DNA from: Candidatus Zixiibacteriota bacterium
GTDB taxonomy: Bacteria > Zixibacteria > MSB-5A5 > UBA10806 > 4484-95
DNA length: 64,000 bases
Assembly: GCA_021159005.1 (NCBI GenBank)
Contig: JAGGSN010000206.1
Coordinates: 26,260 to 90,259 of the forward strand
Reading direction: 5' to 3'
This document shows positions 49,159 through 60,600 of the stretch, one piece after another; within the stretch, counting starts at the first letter, position 1, and each line of letters starts with the position of its first letter. Made by a program: the position numbers and the translations under genes. A model generated the notes under the pieces. The model did not search any database, was not told the origin of the DNA, and saw only the letters and a program-made list of their open reading frames with translations.

Positions 49159-49440
49159 ACAGCTGTGATTTCAAGTTGTGTTAGTTCATAGCGGAATGAA
49201 AATTGACAGATGCAGAGCGGCAAATAAATTATAAAAATATTCGGAATTATATTGAACATTTAGCATTAATAGCACACCCCTAACCCCTCTCAAGAGAGGA
49301 ATAATAGCATAGAACTCAGACTGGGGGTCGTATGACCCAGACAGGTCGTAAAATCCAGAGGAGCCTACTGTCTCAGATATGCCGTATGACTGACTTATGA
49401 TGAACTAAACATTTTTGGGGAAATCCTTATCTCTTTCTTC

Positions 49441-49470
49441 TTGCTCTCAATATCATATTCCATATATAAT
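49441..49470 (+). promoter_or_regulatory. Sigma70-type promoter candidate for the DUF2723 gene
   Basis: TTGCTC-N18-TATAAT upstream of ATG 49505. Confidence 0.45.
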
Positions 49471-49504
49471 ATCAAATGATGAATAACGTTGATTCACCGG
49501 AAAT

Positions 49505-51511
49505 ATGATAATGAAAAAATATGCCGGCCTTATACCCGGACTAATAGCGCTGATAGTATATTATACAACTACCTGCCGTTCTATCTGGATTGGCGATTCG
49601 GGGGAATTTTCACTGGCTTTGAAAACTCTCGGTATTTGTCATCCTCCCGGCTATCCATTGTTTACGATACTTGGCAAATCATTCTTAATATTCACATCAT
49701 TTTTACGTCCAATGTATGCCGCCAATCTGTTTAATACGCTGATTGCAGCGGCGGTTGCAACAACAATATACTACCTTTTTAGACGTTATCTAAATCAATG
49801 GCCAGCGATGATATTGAGCCTGATATGGGCATTTACTCCGCTGTTTTGGTCTGAAACTGCCGGGGTTGAGATTTATACTTTCAATATGCTGTTAATTGCT
49901 TTAATCTTTCTGGCAATTGAAAGCAATCATAAAAGAAGATGGCTTATAATAGTCTATTTATTCGGTTTGGCAATGACTAATCATCCCTCCGCTTTGGCGA
50001 TTTTACCGGTATTAATCTACCTTTTTATAAAAGAAAAAATATATAAGCGATGGAATATATACCCTTATTTAATTTGCATACTCATTATTACCGGCAGTAT
50101 CTATTTGTACTTGCTGGTTCGCTCATCATGCGATCCGCTTTCCAACTGGGGAAATCCGAGTAATATTAAAGCGTTGATTCATCATATGACCTTAAGCCAA
50201 TACAGCGGCTGGTTGGGATACTCATGGGATAATATTTTAATTAGTATAAAGCTGTTTTTCATTTCGATTATTAAATCATGGTGGTGGATCGGGCTGGTAA
50301 TGTCGGTAATCGGAACAATTATCGGCCTAATAAAAAGCAGAACTCAAACCATCGGTGTCTTGTTAATGCTGGCGGCGCTATTGTTTTTATCGTCATCACT
50401 TCTGGAGGTCAATTATGAGCCGTATAATATTCCTGCATTATTTGCTGCTTTGCTGTTGATGAGCAATGTTTTCGTCTGGCTTGAAAGCTTTTCTTTGTCG
50501 TCGCTTGTGCGGTATAGCATATACTCAGCATGTTCAATTGCTTGTTTGATACTGCTTGTTATTAATTACAATACGCAGAACAAATCTGATTATACTCTTT
50601 ATGAGGATTACTCCAAATATATTCTCGATAGCGCCGAAAGCGGTATCTTGTTTACAGCCGGCGATATTAATTCTTTTGGTACGCTTTACTTGCGTTATGT
50701 TGAGGGCTATAGGAAGCAGGTAAAGGTATATGATCGTTCTATAAGGCTCAGCGCTCTTTTAAATGATGCTTCGCAGTTAACCGGCATTAAGTATACTGAT
50801 TATTACAATGCCAGGTTAGCCATAATAAATAACGCCGCTGAAAACAAGTATCTGGTTAAAAACCATTATGCTTATGAACCAGAGTGGCTGAATATTTCCG
50901 AACCATTTTATTCTTATGGGATTTTATATTCCATAAACAACAAGCAGGCTAATTCTCCAAATATTTCAAAATATCCGATTGATTATAAACCGGGGGATGT
51001 TTTATCGCGCCAATTGCTTGTTAATCTCGATCTTGCCCGAGGTGAGAAATGTTTAACCGAAGAACCATACGACACGACTGCCGCTTTTGCCGCCTTTAAC
51101 CTGGCTCTTAACCGCCTGGAAAATGAACCGAGGGCAGTGGTTTTAAACAACCTCGGCATTTATTTCCGAAGCGGCGGTTATCTGGAATTGGCTCATAGAA
51201 CATATATAAAAGCGCTTGAGAAACCGATAATTACAGCTTCCACACGGCAGGATATAACTTTTAATATCTCAAATCTCTATAAGGATAGAGGCAATAACCA
51301 TCTTGCTTCGAAAGACTATCATAACGCTATTGGCAGCTATATAAGGGCATTGAATTATGACCCTGATAATACTGACTTGATGCTTAACATCGGTCTGATT
51401 TTTAGTCAAATACTAAATGATACTGCTAATGCCTGTATCTATCTGGAAAAGTATCTTGATATAAAACCATCTGATACAAAAGTTCGCAACTTCTTAGATA
51501 AAATAAAATAA
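49505..51511 (+). CDS. DUF2723 / TMEM260-like GT-C membrane glycosyltransferase with C-terminal TPRs
   Basis: GDSGEF...LGICHPPGYPLF, AGVEIY, GLAMTNHP and SNWGNP, about 10 TM segments, then TPRs (ALNYDPDN). Confidence 0.8.
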   Translation: MIMKKYAGLIPGLIALIVYYTTTCRSIWIGDSGEFSLALKTLGICHPPGYPLFTILGKSFLIFTSFLRPMYAANLFNTLIAAAVATTIYYLFRRYLNQWPAMILSLIWAFTPLFWSETAGVEIYTFNMLLIALIFLAIESNHKRRWLIIVYLFGLAMTNHPSALAILPVLIYLFIKEKIYKRWNIYPYLICILIITGSIYLYLLVRSSCDPLSNWGNPSNIKALIHHMTLSQYSGWLGYSWDNILISIKLFFISIIKSWWWIGLVMSVIGTIIGLIKSRTQTIGVLLMLAALLFLSSSLLEVNYEPYNIPALFAALLLMSNVFVWLESFSLSSLVRYSIYSACSIACLILLVINYNTQNKSDYTLYEDYSKYILDSAESGILFTAGDINSFGTLYLRYVEGYRKQVKVYDRSIRLSALLNDASQLTGIKYTDYYNARLAIINNAAENKYLVKNHYAYEPEWLNISEPFYSYGILYSINNKQANSPNISKYPIDYKPGDVLSRQLLVNLDLARGEKCLTEEPYDTTAAFAAFNLALNRLENEPRAVVLNNLGIYFRSGGYLELAHRTYIKALEKPIITASTRQDITFNISNLYKDRGNNHLASKDYHNAIGSYIRALNYDPDNTDLMLNIGLIFSQILNDTANACIYLEKYLDIKPSDTKVRNFLDKIK

Positions 51512-51574
51512 AAGCAAACGATAGATTTTAGAAAATACCCCTTCCGGTAAAAGGGGTTTGAAAGTGTTTTTATT

Positions 51575-51604
51575 ATAGAGGGAAATAACAATATTTCCCT
51601 CTAT
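51575..51604. terminator. Bidirectional terminator between convergent genes
   Basis: Perfect 13-bp stem atagagggaaata / tatttccctctat. Confidence 0.7.
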
Positions 51605-51649
51605 TAATCTTTGCTTAGTTTGGGTTGCCTTCTAAGCTCTCCAAATACT

Positions 51650-54600
51650 CTATTTTAGTAATACGAGTTTTTTAATGCTTACATTTTGGATTTCATTATT
51701 TGATTTAAGCTTGGCGAAATAAATTCCCGAGGCTGTATTCTTGCCAGCGTCGTTAATTCCGTTCCAGCTTATATAATGATAACCAGCCTTGAGCTGACCG
51801 GAAGCAAGTTCCTTAACTAATCGACCGCTGATATCGTAGATATTTAAAGTAACATTATCGGCAACAGGAAGCGCAAACTCAATTGTGGTTGTCGGATTAA
51901 ATGGATTAGGATAACAACATACAATACTGAATTGTTCCGGCAGCGGAACTTCGCGTTTAAGCAAAGTATTAATCAGACAGCCATTACCATCAGAAAATGA
52001 CATAAGAGATGGCGTAAGCTTAACGCCCTTAGGCAGCATCATTCTCATAAGTTCGGTGGTTCCGGATTGTATTACTTTGCTTTCGAGATCATAAACGCAT
52101 AAGCGCATTGACTCATCGTATTGCTTAAGTTCAACTTCCATATCAAGGTCGTTGTTTAATTGTAGATTGCAATCAATGTCTTCCGAAATCGGCAATTCGA
52201 GGAGCAAACCGCCAATATTAAATTCGGAGTTGAATTTAATAATGGTCTCGTCATTTTCATTTTGCTCGATAATAAGTTCAACTGGCCTGGTTTCAACCGG
52301 TACTAATTTCGGGTTGCTGTTACTGCCATTTACCACATTAATCATAAAAATTAAGTCAGCTACTGTTGCCCTATAGCCGTCTTGGTTAACATCGGATGCC
52401 CACATCTGGTTTTCGGTAAATGGATAACCGATAGGATCGATAAGGTGGTTTGCCATAGTCATAGCATCACCTAATTCGAATGGGTAGCGATTCATATTTA
52501 TATCGCCGATAATAGGATTACAATCGTCCAATACTCGTACCGAACCGCAATAGAGATTTAGCAGGAATGTTCCAAACTGGCTGCTGTCGGGAGCATCACT
52601 GCAGCCATCGCCATACCAGACATGATACCCTGTTGAATCGGCAACAGCATTATCATTGATACTTTCTTCATGAAAGAAACAAATCGGTATGCTGATGTCA
52701 TCCGGGTATTCCTGCGGAACCAGCAAGAATTGCAAGTTTAATATTGGTTCATTGGGATCGATATCGCACAACGGTCCATGATAAACCTGATCGTTTAGAT
52801 CAGCTATATAACTAAACTTGATAGTACCAGGGCCAAAAATATCATACGTAAAGTGATTATACTCATTGCCAAAATCGAGATTTTCAGTAATCAATGCGTT
52901 TTGCAATACTAACACTGATGGATCCCAGTGAATCACCATCGTTAAGCCGCCGATACACACGCAATCATACGTATTAAGATAAATACCGACAGTTCCTGAT
53001 AGACCCGGCGCAATCATCACATCTTCATCTATGTAGTAATCAATATAGCCAAGAATAGTAAGATTGTAGCCGATGTTATCATCGCAAATTCCATCACAGG
53101 CGGTTATAACTACATCGAATTCCATATGCTCGCCGCAGGCAGAATCAGGTACCGTGAAACAGTAAACGCCAAGCCAATATCCCGGTTCATCCACTAATGT
53201 TGTGATTTCTCCATAGTTAGCGGTAACGACAATATAGTCGCCGTCGACATCTATAGCCTCCAGAGTATCGCAGAAGTTTTCGTATATACACATTACGGTA
53301 AGCGAGTCATTTAAGAATTCGGGACAATTTTCGATTTCAATATCTATCAGAGTAGTGCAGACGCTAACTTCACCGCAGTCATCAATGGCCGTAAGAATGA
53401 TTGTATTTATTCCGGTATCAGGTAAGAAGCAGACCATCTCTTCATTCGGATAGAATATACCAATGTTGGAAAACGCTGTATCAAGGTTATCTTCATAATC
53501 GTGTACATAGAATTCTGACAGACAAACAGTATCAATACTGCCCAATCTTATCTGATCATCCGGAGGACAATTTACCAGCGGAGGAGTATTGAGATTTATT
53601 GTTACGTCTGTTGTGCAAACAGCCGCAAGTCCGCAATCATCGATAACAGTAAGTATAAGGGTATTTAATCCCTCAACTGGAGTAAAGCATACCGTACTGC
53701 CGACGATAGTGCCTGTATTGACATTAACGTTATTGATGTTGTTATCAACATCGTTATAGTTGAAACCTGAAATACATAGCTCGCTCAAGTCGCATACCGC
53801 TATGGTTGTATCATCAACGCAGGTTACCTCGGGAGCGCTATTTACAGTTACAGTGATATTCACAGTTGTCGAACGCGATTTATTTGCGGCACAAACAGCT
53901 CCGCATTCATCCTCGCATTCGAATACAGCGGAATAAACACCCGAACCTGAAGTTGTAAAAGTCCAATTTGAACCGTCAAAATTACCATCGCCGCCCGGAA
54001 GCATTGAACAGCCAACGAGATTATCATCCTCATCGGCTGCCGAAACAGGGAAGCTGAATGTGGAATCGAAGCAGATGAAGTAGCTATTATCATCCGGCAT
54101 GCTGCATTCAGGCGGGCTGTTGTAATCGACAGTAATTTCGAGCGTATCTATGCAGGTCTCTCCGCAAGCATCCTCACATTCGAATATTCCCGTATAAACA
54201 CCTTCGCTGTCAGTTGTGAAAGTCCAGGTTGAGCCGTCAAAACTACCCGGACCGGATGTCTTAGAACAGCCAACGAGGTTATTATCAATATCGGTTGCCG
54301 AGATAGCAAAACCGAATGTAGTGTCATCACAAACAAAGAATGATTGGTTATCAGGGATATCGCATACTGGAGGAGTATTGTAGTTAATTATTATAGTAAT
54401 GCTATCGGCGCAGGTTTCGCCGCATTCATCCTCGCATTCAAATATCGCCGAGAAAGCCCCCTGACCGGTTGTATTGAATGTCCAACTGGAACCGTCAAAA
54501 TTACCATCGCCCAGAACTTTAATGCAGCCGCTCAGGTTATCGTCATCATCGACGGCTGTAATCGGGATGCTGAATGTTGTATCATCGCAGACAAGATAGG

Positions 54601-57600
54601 AGGCATCATCAGGCACCTGACACACAGGCGCATCATTAAGGTCAATCGTCATGTTGACAGTACCGATACAAGATTCACCGCCAGCATCTTCACATTCGAA
54701 TGATGCCCAGTAAATGCCGGAGCCTGAAGTAGTAAATGTCCAATTAGTACCGTCATAGCTGCCCATACCACCGGTAAGAGTACAGCCAACTAAATCGCTG
54801 TCATCATCGGTTGCATAAACAGGGAAGCTAAAAGTCGAGTCGTTACATATAAAGAAATAAGCATCATCCGGCAAGTGACATTCGGGAGCATTGTTCATTG
54901 TAATTGTTATATTAACAGTGCCCGAGCAAGCAGCGCCGCACTCATCGGTACATTCGAAAGCAGCGGAATATATACCCGAGCTTGTTGCCGTGAAAGTCCA
55001 CGTCGAACCATCGAAACTGCCAGCTCCCGAAATCATTGAACAACCAACGAGATTGTCATCAACATCAGTTGCTGATACAGGGTAGCTGAAAGTTGAATCA
55101 CCATAAATATGATGGCTTTCATCAGATGGCAGATTGCAAACCGGATCGCTATTAAGAGATATCGTTATATTCGTGGCACATTGATCAACTTCACTACAAG
55201 CATCAGTAACGGTATAAGTTATCGTATTAAGTCCTATTGAAGGTGTAAAGCATACCGAATTGCCGGTTAGAGTGCCATTATCGACCACAATCGATGTTAT
55301 GTTATCGTCAGCATCGCTGGCCGTAAAGCCCGGCAAGCATATCTCATTCAAATCACAAACAAACATCGAGGTGTCATTCGGACATGAGGCTGACGGCGGA
55401 CTGTTAAGCACTGCCGTAACATTAACCGTACACTCATCTGTCTCATTACAAGAATCCGTTACCGTATAAGTTATCGTGTTCAAACCAGCAACCGGAGTAA
55501 AACATACCGTGCCATTATCCAGAACACCTAAATCAACCTCCGTTGATAAAATATTATCATCAGGGTCGCTGGCGCTGAATCCGGATAGACAAATATCACT
55601 CAGGTCGCAGACAAACAACGATGTATCATTCGGACACGATGCTGACGGCGGACTGTTTAATACTATGCCTATTACCGCATCACAGGTATCAGCCTCGCCG
55701 CAATCATCAATTGCCACCAGTTTGATAGTGTTATTGCCCTCCACCGGCGTGAAACATATCGAATTGCCAACCAGCGTTCCGCCTATCGCACTGCACGAGG
55801 CAAGGTTGCCATCAGGGTCGCTGCATGAGAAGCCCGATATGCAAATCTCATCTAAAACACAAACAAAGATTGTCGTGTCGGCAAATCCGGGGCGGGCATC
55901 CCACGGACAGGAAGCTTCCGGCGGGCTGTTGACTGTTACCGTAACGTTAACCGTGCAGTCATCATAATCGCCGCAGGCATCCGTTACCGTGTAGGTTATC
56001 GCGTTAAGACCCGCTGTCGGTGTGAAACATACTGTACCGGCATTCAACGTGCCATTATCGACAACCTCCGAGGTGATATTGCCATCTGCATCACTGGAAC
56101 TAAAGCCCGGCAGGCAGATATCGCTTAAATCACAGGCAAATATCGAGGTATCATTCGGACATGACGCCGCCGGCGGACTATTCAGGGTTACCGTAACATT
56201 AGTAACGCATTGATCTGTTTCGCCGCAGGCATCGGTTACCGTGTAGGTAATCGTGTTAAGACCCGCTGCCGGTGTGAAACAAACCGTGCCGGCATCCAAA
56301 GTACCTAAGCTGACAGTTCTTGAAGTTATATTATTATCAGCATCACTGTCAGAAAATCCCGGTATGCAGATACTGCTTAAGCTGCAAACAGCTAAAGTAG
56401 TATCATTCGGACATGCTGCCACCGGAGCGCTATTTTGAATTACCGTAACATTAGTTTCGCATGTATCGGTTTCGCCGCATTCATCGGCAGCAACCAACTT
56501 GATAGTATTTAAGCCTTCAACAGGGGTGAAATGAACAATATTACCGCTTAATGTGCCGCCTATAACTTCGCAGTTATCGAGATTGCCATCAGGGTCACTA
56601 CATGTGAATCCCGGCAAATAAATATCATGAATATTACATACGAATATTGTCGAATCGCCAGGACATTCGGCAGTTGGCGGATTATTAACATTTACAGTAA
56701 TATCAGTAGAACAGGTATCTGCTTCGCCGCATTCATCGGTTACGATAAACATAATAGTATTTAAACCCTCTGTTGGAATAAAGCAGGCGGATGTGCCATT
56801 TAGAGTGCCGAAACTTACGCTCTTTGAGATGATATTATCATCAACATCGCTGCTAACGAAACCTGATAAACATATTTCGCTAAGATCGCAAACTAACATA
56901 GTTGTGTCATCGGGGCAGGCGGCTATCGGCGGGCTATTTAATGTTACATTAACCGTTCGGCTCAAAGTATCAGCTTCGCCGCATTCATCAAGAGCAACCA
57001 ATTCGATTACATTGATTCCCTCAACCGGCGTGAAACAGATTGCATCACCGCTTAAGGTTCCACCTATTGCTTCGCAAGACAAGAGGTTGTTATCGGGATC
57101 AGTGCATGAAAATCCACCTAAACATATTTCATCAAGCTCGCAAACAAACAATAATGTATCACCTGCTCCGGGTCTTCCGCCGCCCCATGTGCAGTTAGCT
57201 GATGGCGGGCTGTTTAAAGTAATGCTAATATTAGTTGTGCAAGTATCGCTTTCGCCGCAAGCATCGGTAACGATATAGTTGATAGTATTTAGCCCTGCCG
57301 TTGGATCGAAGCATACCGAATTGCCGGTTAGAGTGCCATTATCGACCACAATCGATGTTATGTTATCGTCAGCATCGCTGGCCGTAAAGCCCGGCAAGCA
57401 TATCTCATTCAAATCACAAACAAACATCGAGGTGTCATTCGGACATGAGGCTGACGGCGGACTGTTAAGCACTGCCGTAACATTAACCGTACACTCATCT
57501 GTCTCATTACAAGAATCCGTTACCGTATAAGTTATCGTGTTCAAACCAGCAACCGGAGTAAAACATACCGTGCCATTATCCAGAACACCTAAATCAACCT

Positions 57601-60600
57601 CCGTTGATAAAATATTATCATCAGGGTCGCTGGCGCTGAATCCGGATAGACAAATATCACTCAGGTCGCAGACAAACAACGATGTATCATTCGGACACGA
57701 TGCTGACGGCGGACTGTTTAATACTATGCCTATTACCGCATCACAGGTATCAGCCTCGCCGCAATCATCAATTGCCACCAGTTTGATAGTGTTATTGCCC
57801 TCCACCGGCGTGAAACATATCGAATTGCCAACCAGCGTTCCGCCTATCGCACTGCACGAGGCAAGGTTGCCATCAGGGTCGCTGCATGAGAAGCCCGATA
57901 TGCAAATCTCATCTAAAACACAAACAAAGATTGTCGTGTCGGCAAATCCGGGGCGGGCATCCCACGGACAGGAAGCTTCCGGCGGGCTGTTGACTGTTAC
58001 CGTAACGTTAACCGTGCAGTCATCATAATCGCCGCAGGCATCCGTTACCGTGTAGGTTATCGCGTTAAGACCCGCTGTCGGTGTGAAACATACTGTACCG
58101 GCATTCAACGTGCCATTATCGACAACCTCCGAGGTGATATTGCCATCTGCATCACTGGAACTAAAGCCCGGCAGGCAGATATCGCTTAAATCACAGGCAA
58201 ATATCGAGGTATCATTCGGACATGACGCCGCCGGCGGACTATTCAGGGTTACCGTAACATTAGTAACGCATTGATCTGTTTCGCCGCAGGCATCGGTTAC
58301 CGTGTAGGTAATCGTGTTAAGACCCGCTGCCGGTGTGAAACAAACCGTGCCAGTAGTTAATGTGCCGTTATCCACTACCTTAGAAGTAATATTATCATCA
58401 GCGTCGCTGGCGGTAAAGCCGGCAAGACAAATCTGGTCAAGAGTACAGACAAATATCGAGGTATCATTCGGGCATGAGGCAGCCGGCGCGCTATTATAAT
58501 CAACGGTAATACTCACGGTTTCTGAACATGTTTCGCCGCATTCATCCTCACACTCAAACACTGCGGAATAAATACCGGCTCCGGTTGATGTGAAGCTCCA
58601 GGTTGAGCCGTCAAAGCTGCCATCACCGGATGTTTTTGCGCAGCCGTCAAGATTGTTGTCAACATCACTGGCCGAGATTGAGAAACTAAAGGCAGAGTCG
58701 CCGCAAACTAAATAAGTCTCATCATCAGGGACGATGCAAACCGGCGCGCTGTTGTAATTGACTGTAATATTGACCATGCCATAACATGTGGCGCCGCCTA
58801 TATCCTCACATTCGAATTCGGCAGTATATACACCCGGACCAGTTGTCGTGAATGTCCAAACCGTATCAACCAATGTGCCTGGTCCTGAAGTCTTAGTACA
58901 GCCAACCAAGTTTTCATCATCATCGGTCGCCGAAACTATGAAGCTAAAAGTAGTATCATCGCAGACAAAATATGTGGAATCATCAGGCAGATTACAAACC
59001 GGGGCGCTATTGTAGTTTACTGTAATATTTAATGTGCCGGAACATGAGGCGCCGCAATCATCCGTACATTCGAATGTTGCCGAATATACACCTTGACCGG
59101 AAGTGGTGAAAGTCCAATCAGAACCATCGAAACTGCCGACCCCGCTTGTTTTAGCACAGCCATCTAAGTTGCCGTCAGCATCAGTAGCCGAAACGGGGAA
59201 GCTGAAAGTTGTATCGCCAAAAACAAGAAAAGTTGTATCATTTGGTATATCGCAAACAGGGGCAGTATTAAAAGTGATATTAACATTTGTTTGGCAAGAA
59301 TCGATTTCACCGCATTCATCAGCTACAATAAGCTTAAGCGTGTTATTGCCGGATGCTGGAGTAAAGCATATTGAATTGCCGTTTAAGGTACCGCCAACAG
59401 CAGTAGCCGAGGCAATATTGTTATCGGTATCCGAATAGGAAAATCCCGGTAAGCAGATTTCACTGTCATCACAAACAAACAGCGATGTATCATTCGGACA
59501 TGAAACCACCGGCGCGCTATTTAGAGCGACTGCAACATCTGTTGTGCATTGGTCTGTCTCGCCGCATTCATCGGTTACAGTTAAGGCGATTGTATTTAGA
59601 CCCTCAGCAGGTGTAAAACAGACTGTTCCGTTATCGAGAACACCCAAGGATACATTTACGGATGATATATTATCATCATTATCGCTGACGTTGAAACCGG
59701 GCAGGCAAAGCTCGTTTAAATCGCAAACAAACAGCGAAGTATCACCAGGACAAGCTGCCGATGGCGCGCTGTTTAATCCGACATTTACGGTTCTGGTAAG
59801 AGTATCTGCCTCGCCGCATTCATCTAAGGCAACTAACTTAATGGTGTTAATTCCCTCTGAAGGCGTAAAACAGATAGAATTGCCGTCTAATGTACCGCCG
59901 ATTGCGGTGCAGGAAGCCAGGTTGTCATCGGGATCGGTGCACGAGAAACCGGACAAACAGATATCATTAAGATTGCAGACAAATACTGTCGTATCCCCTA
60001 CGCCCGGTTTAGAACCGCCCCATGTGCAGTTAGCTGAAGGCGGGCTGTTAAGAGTGATATTAACATCGGTTTCACAAACAACGCTATCGCCGCACTCATC
60101 AACTGCAGTAAGAGTAATAGTGTTTAATCCGGCAGCTGGCGTAAAGCAGACAGTTCCATTATCGTAAGTCCCAAGGCTAACATCAATTGAATTTATATTA
60201 TCATCATTATCACTTACCGTAAACCCGGGCAAGCATATTTCGCTTAGATCACATACGAATAATGAAGTGTCATTCGGACAGCTTACTTGAGGCGGGCTAT
60301 TTAAGGAAACTGTTACGTCAGTGCTGCATTCGGCAGAATCGCCGCAAGCATCAATAACAGTAAAGGTAATAGTATTTAATCCCACAGTCGGAGTAAAACA
60401 AACCGTATTACAGTTTAAGGTACCGATACTAACAATTTGTGATACTATGTTATTATCAGGATCACTAGCGTTAAAACCGGTCAAACATATCTCGTCCAAA
60501 TCACACATAAACAGCGAAGTATCATCAGGGCATGAAGCTTGGGGCGGCCTGTTTAAAATAACTCGTACGTCGATTATACACGTATCAGCTAAACCGCAAT

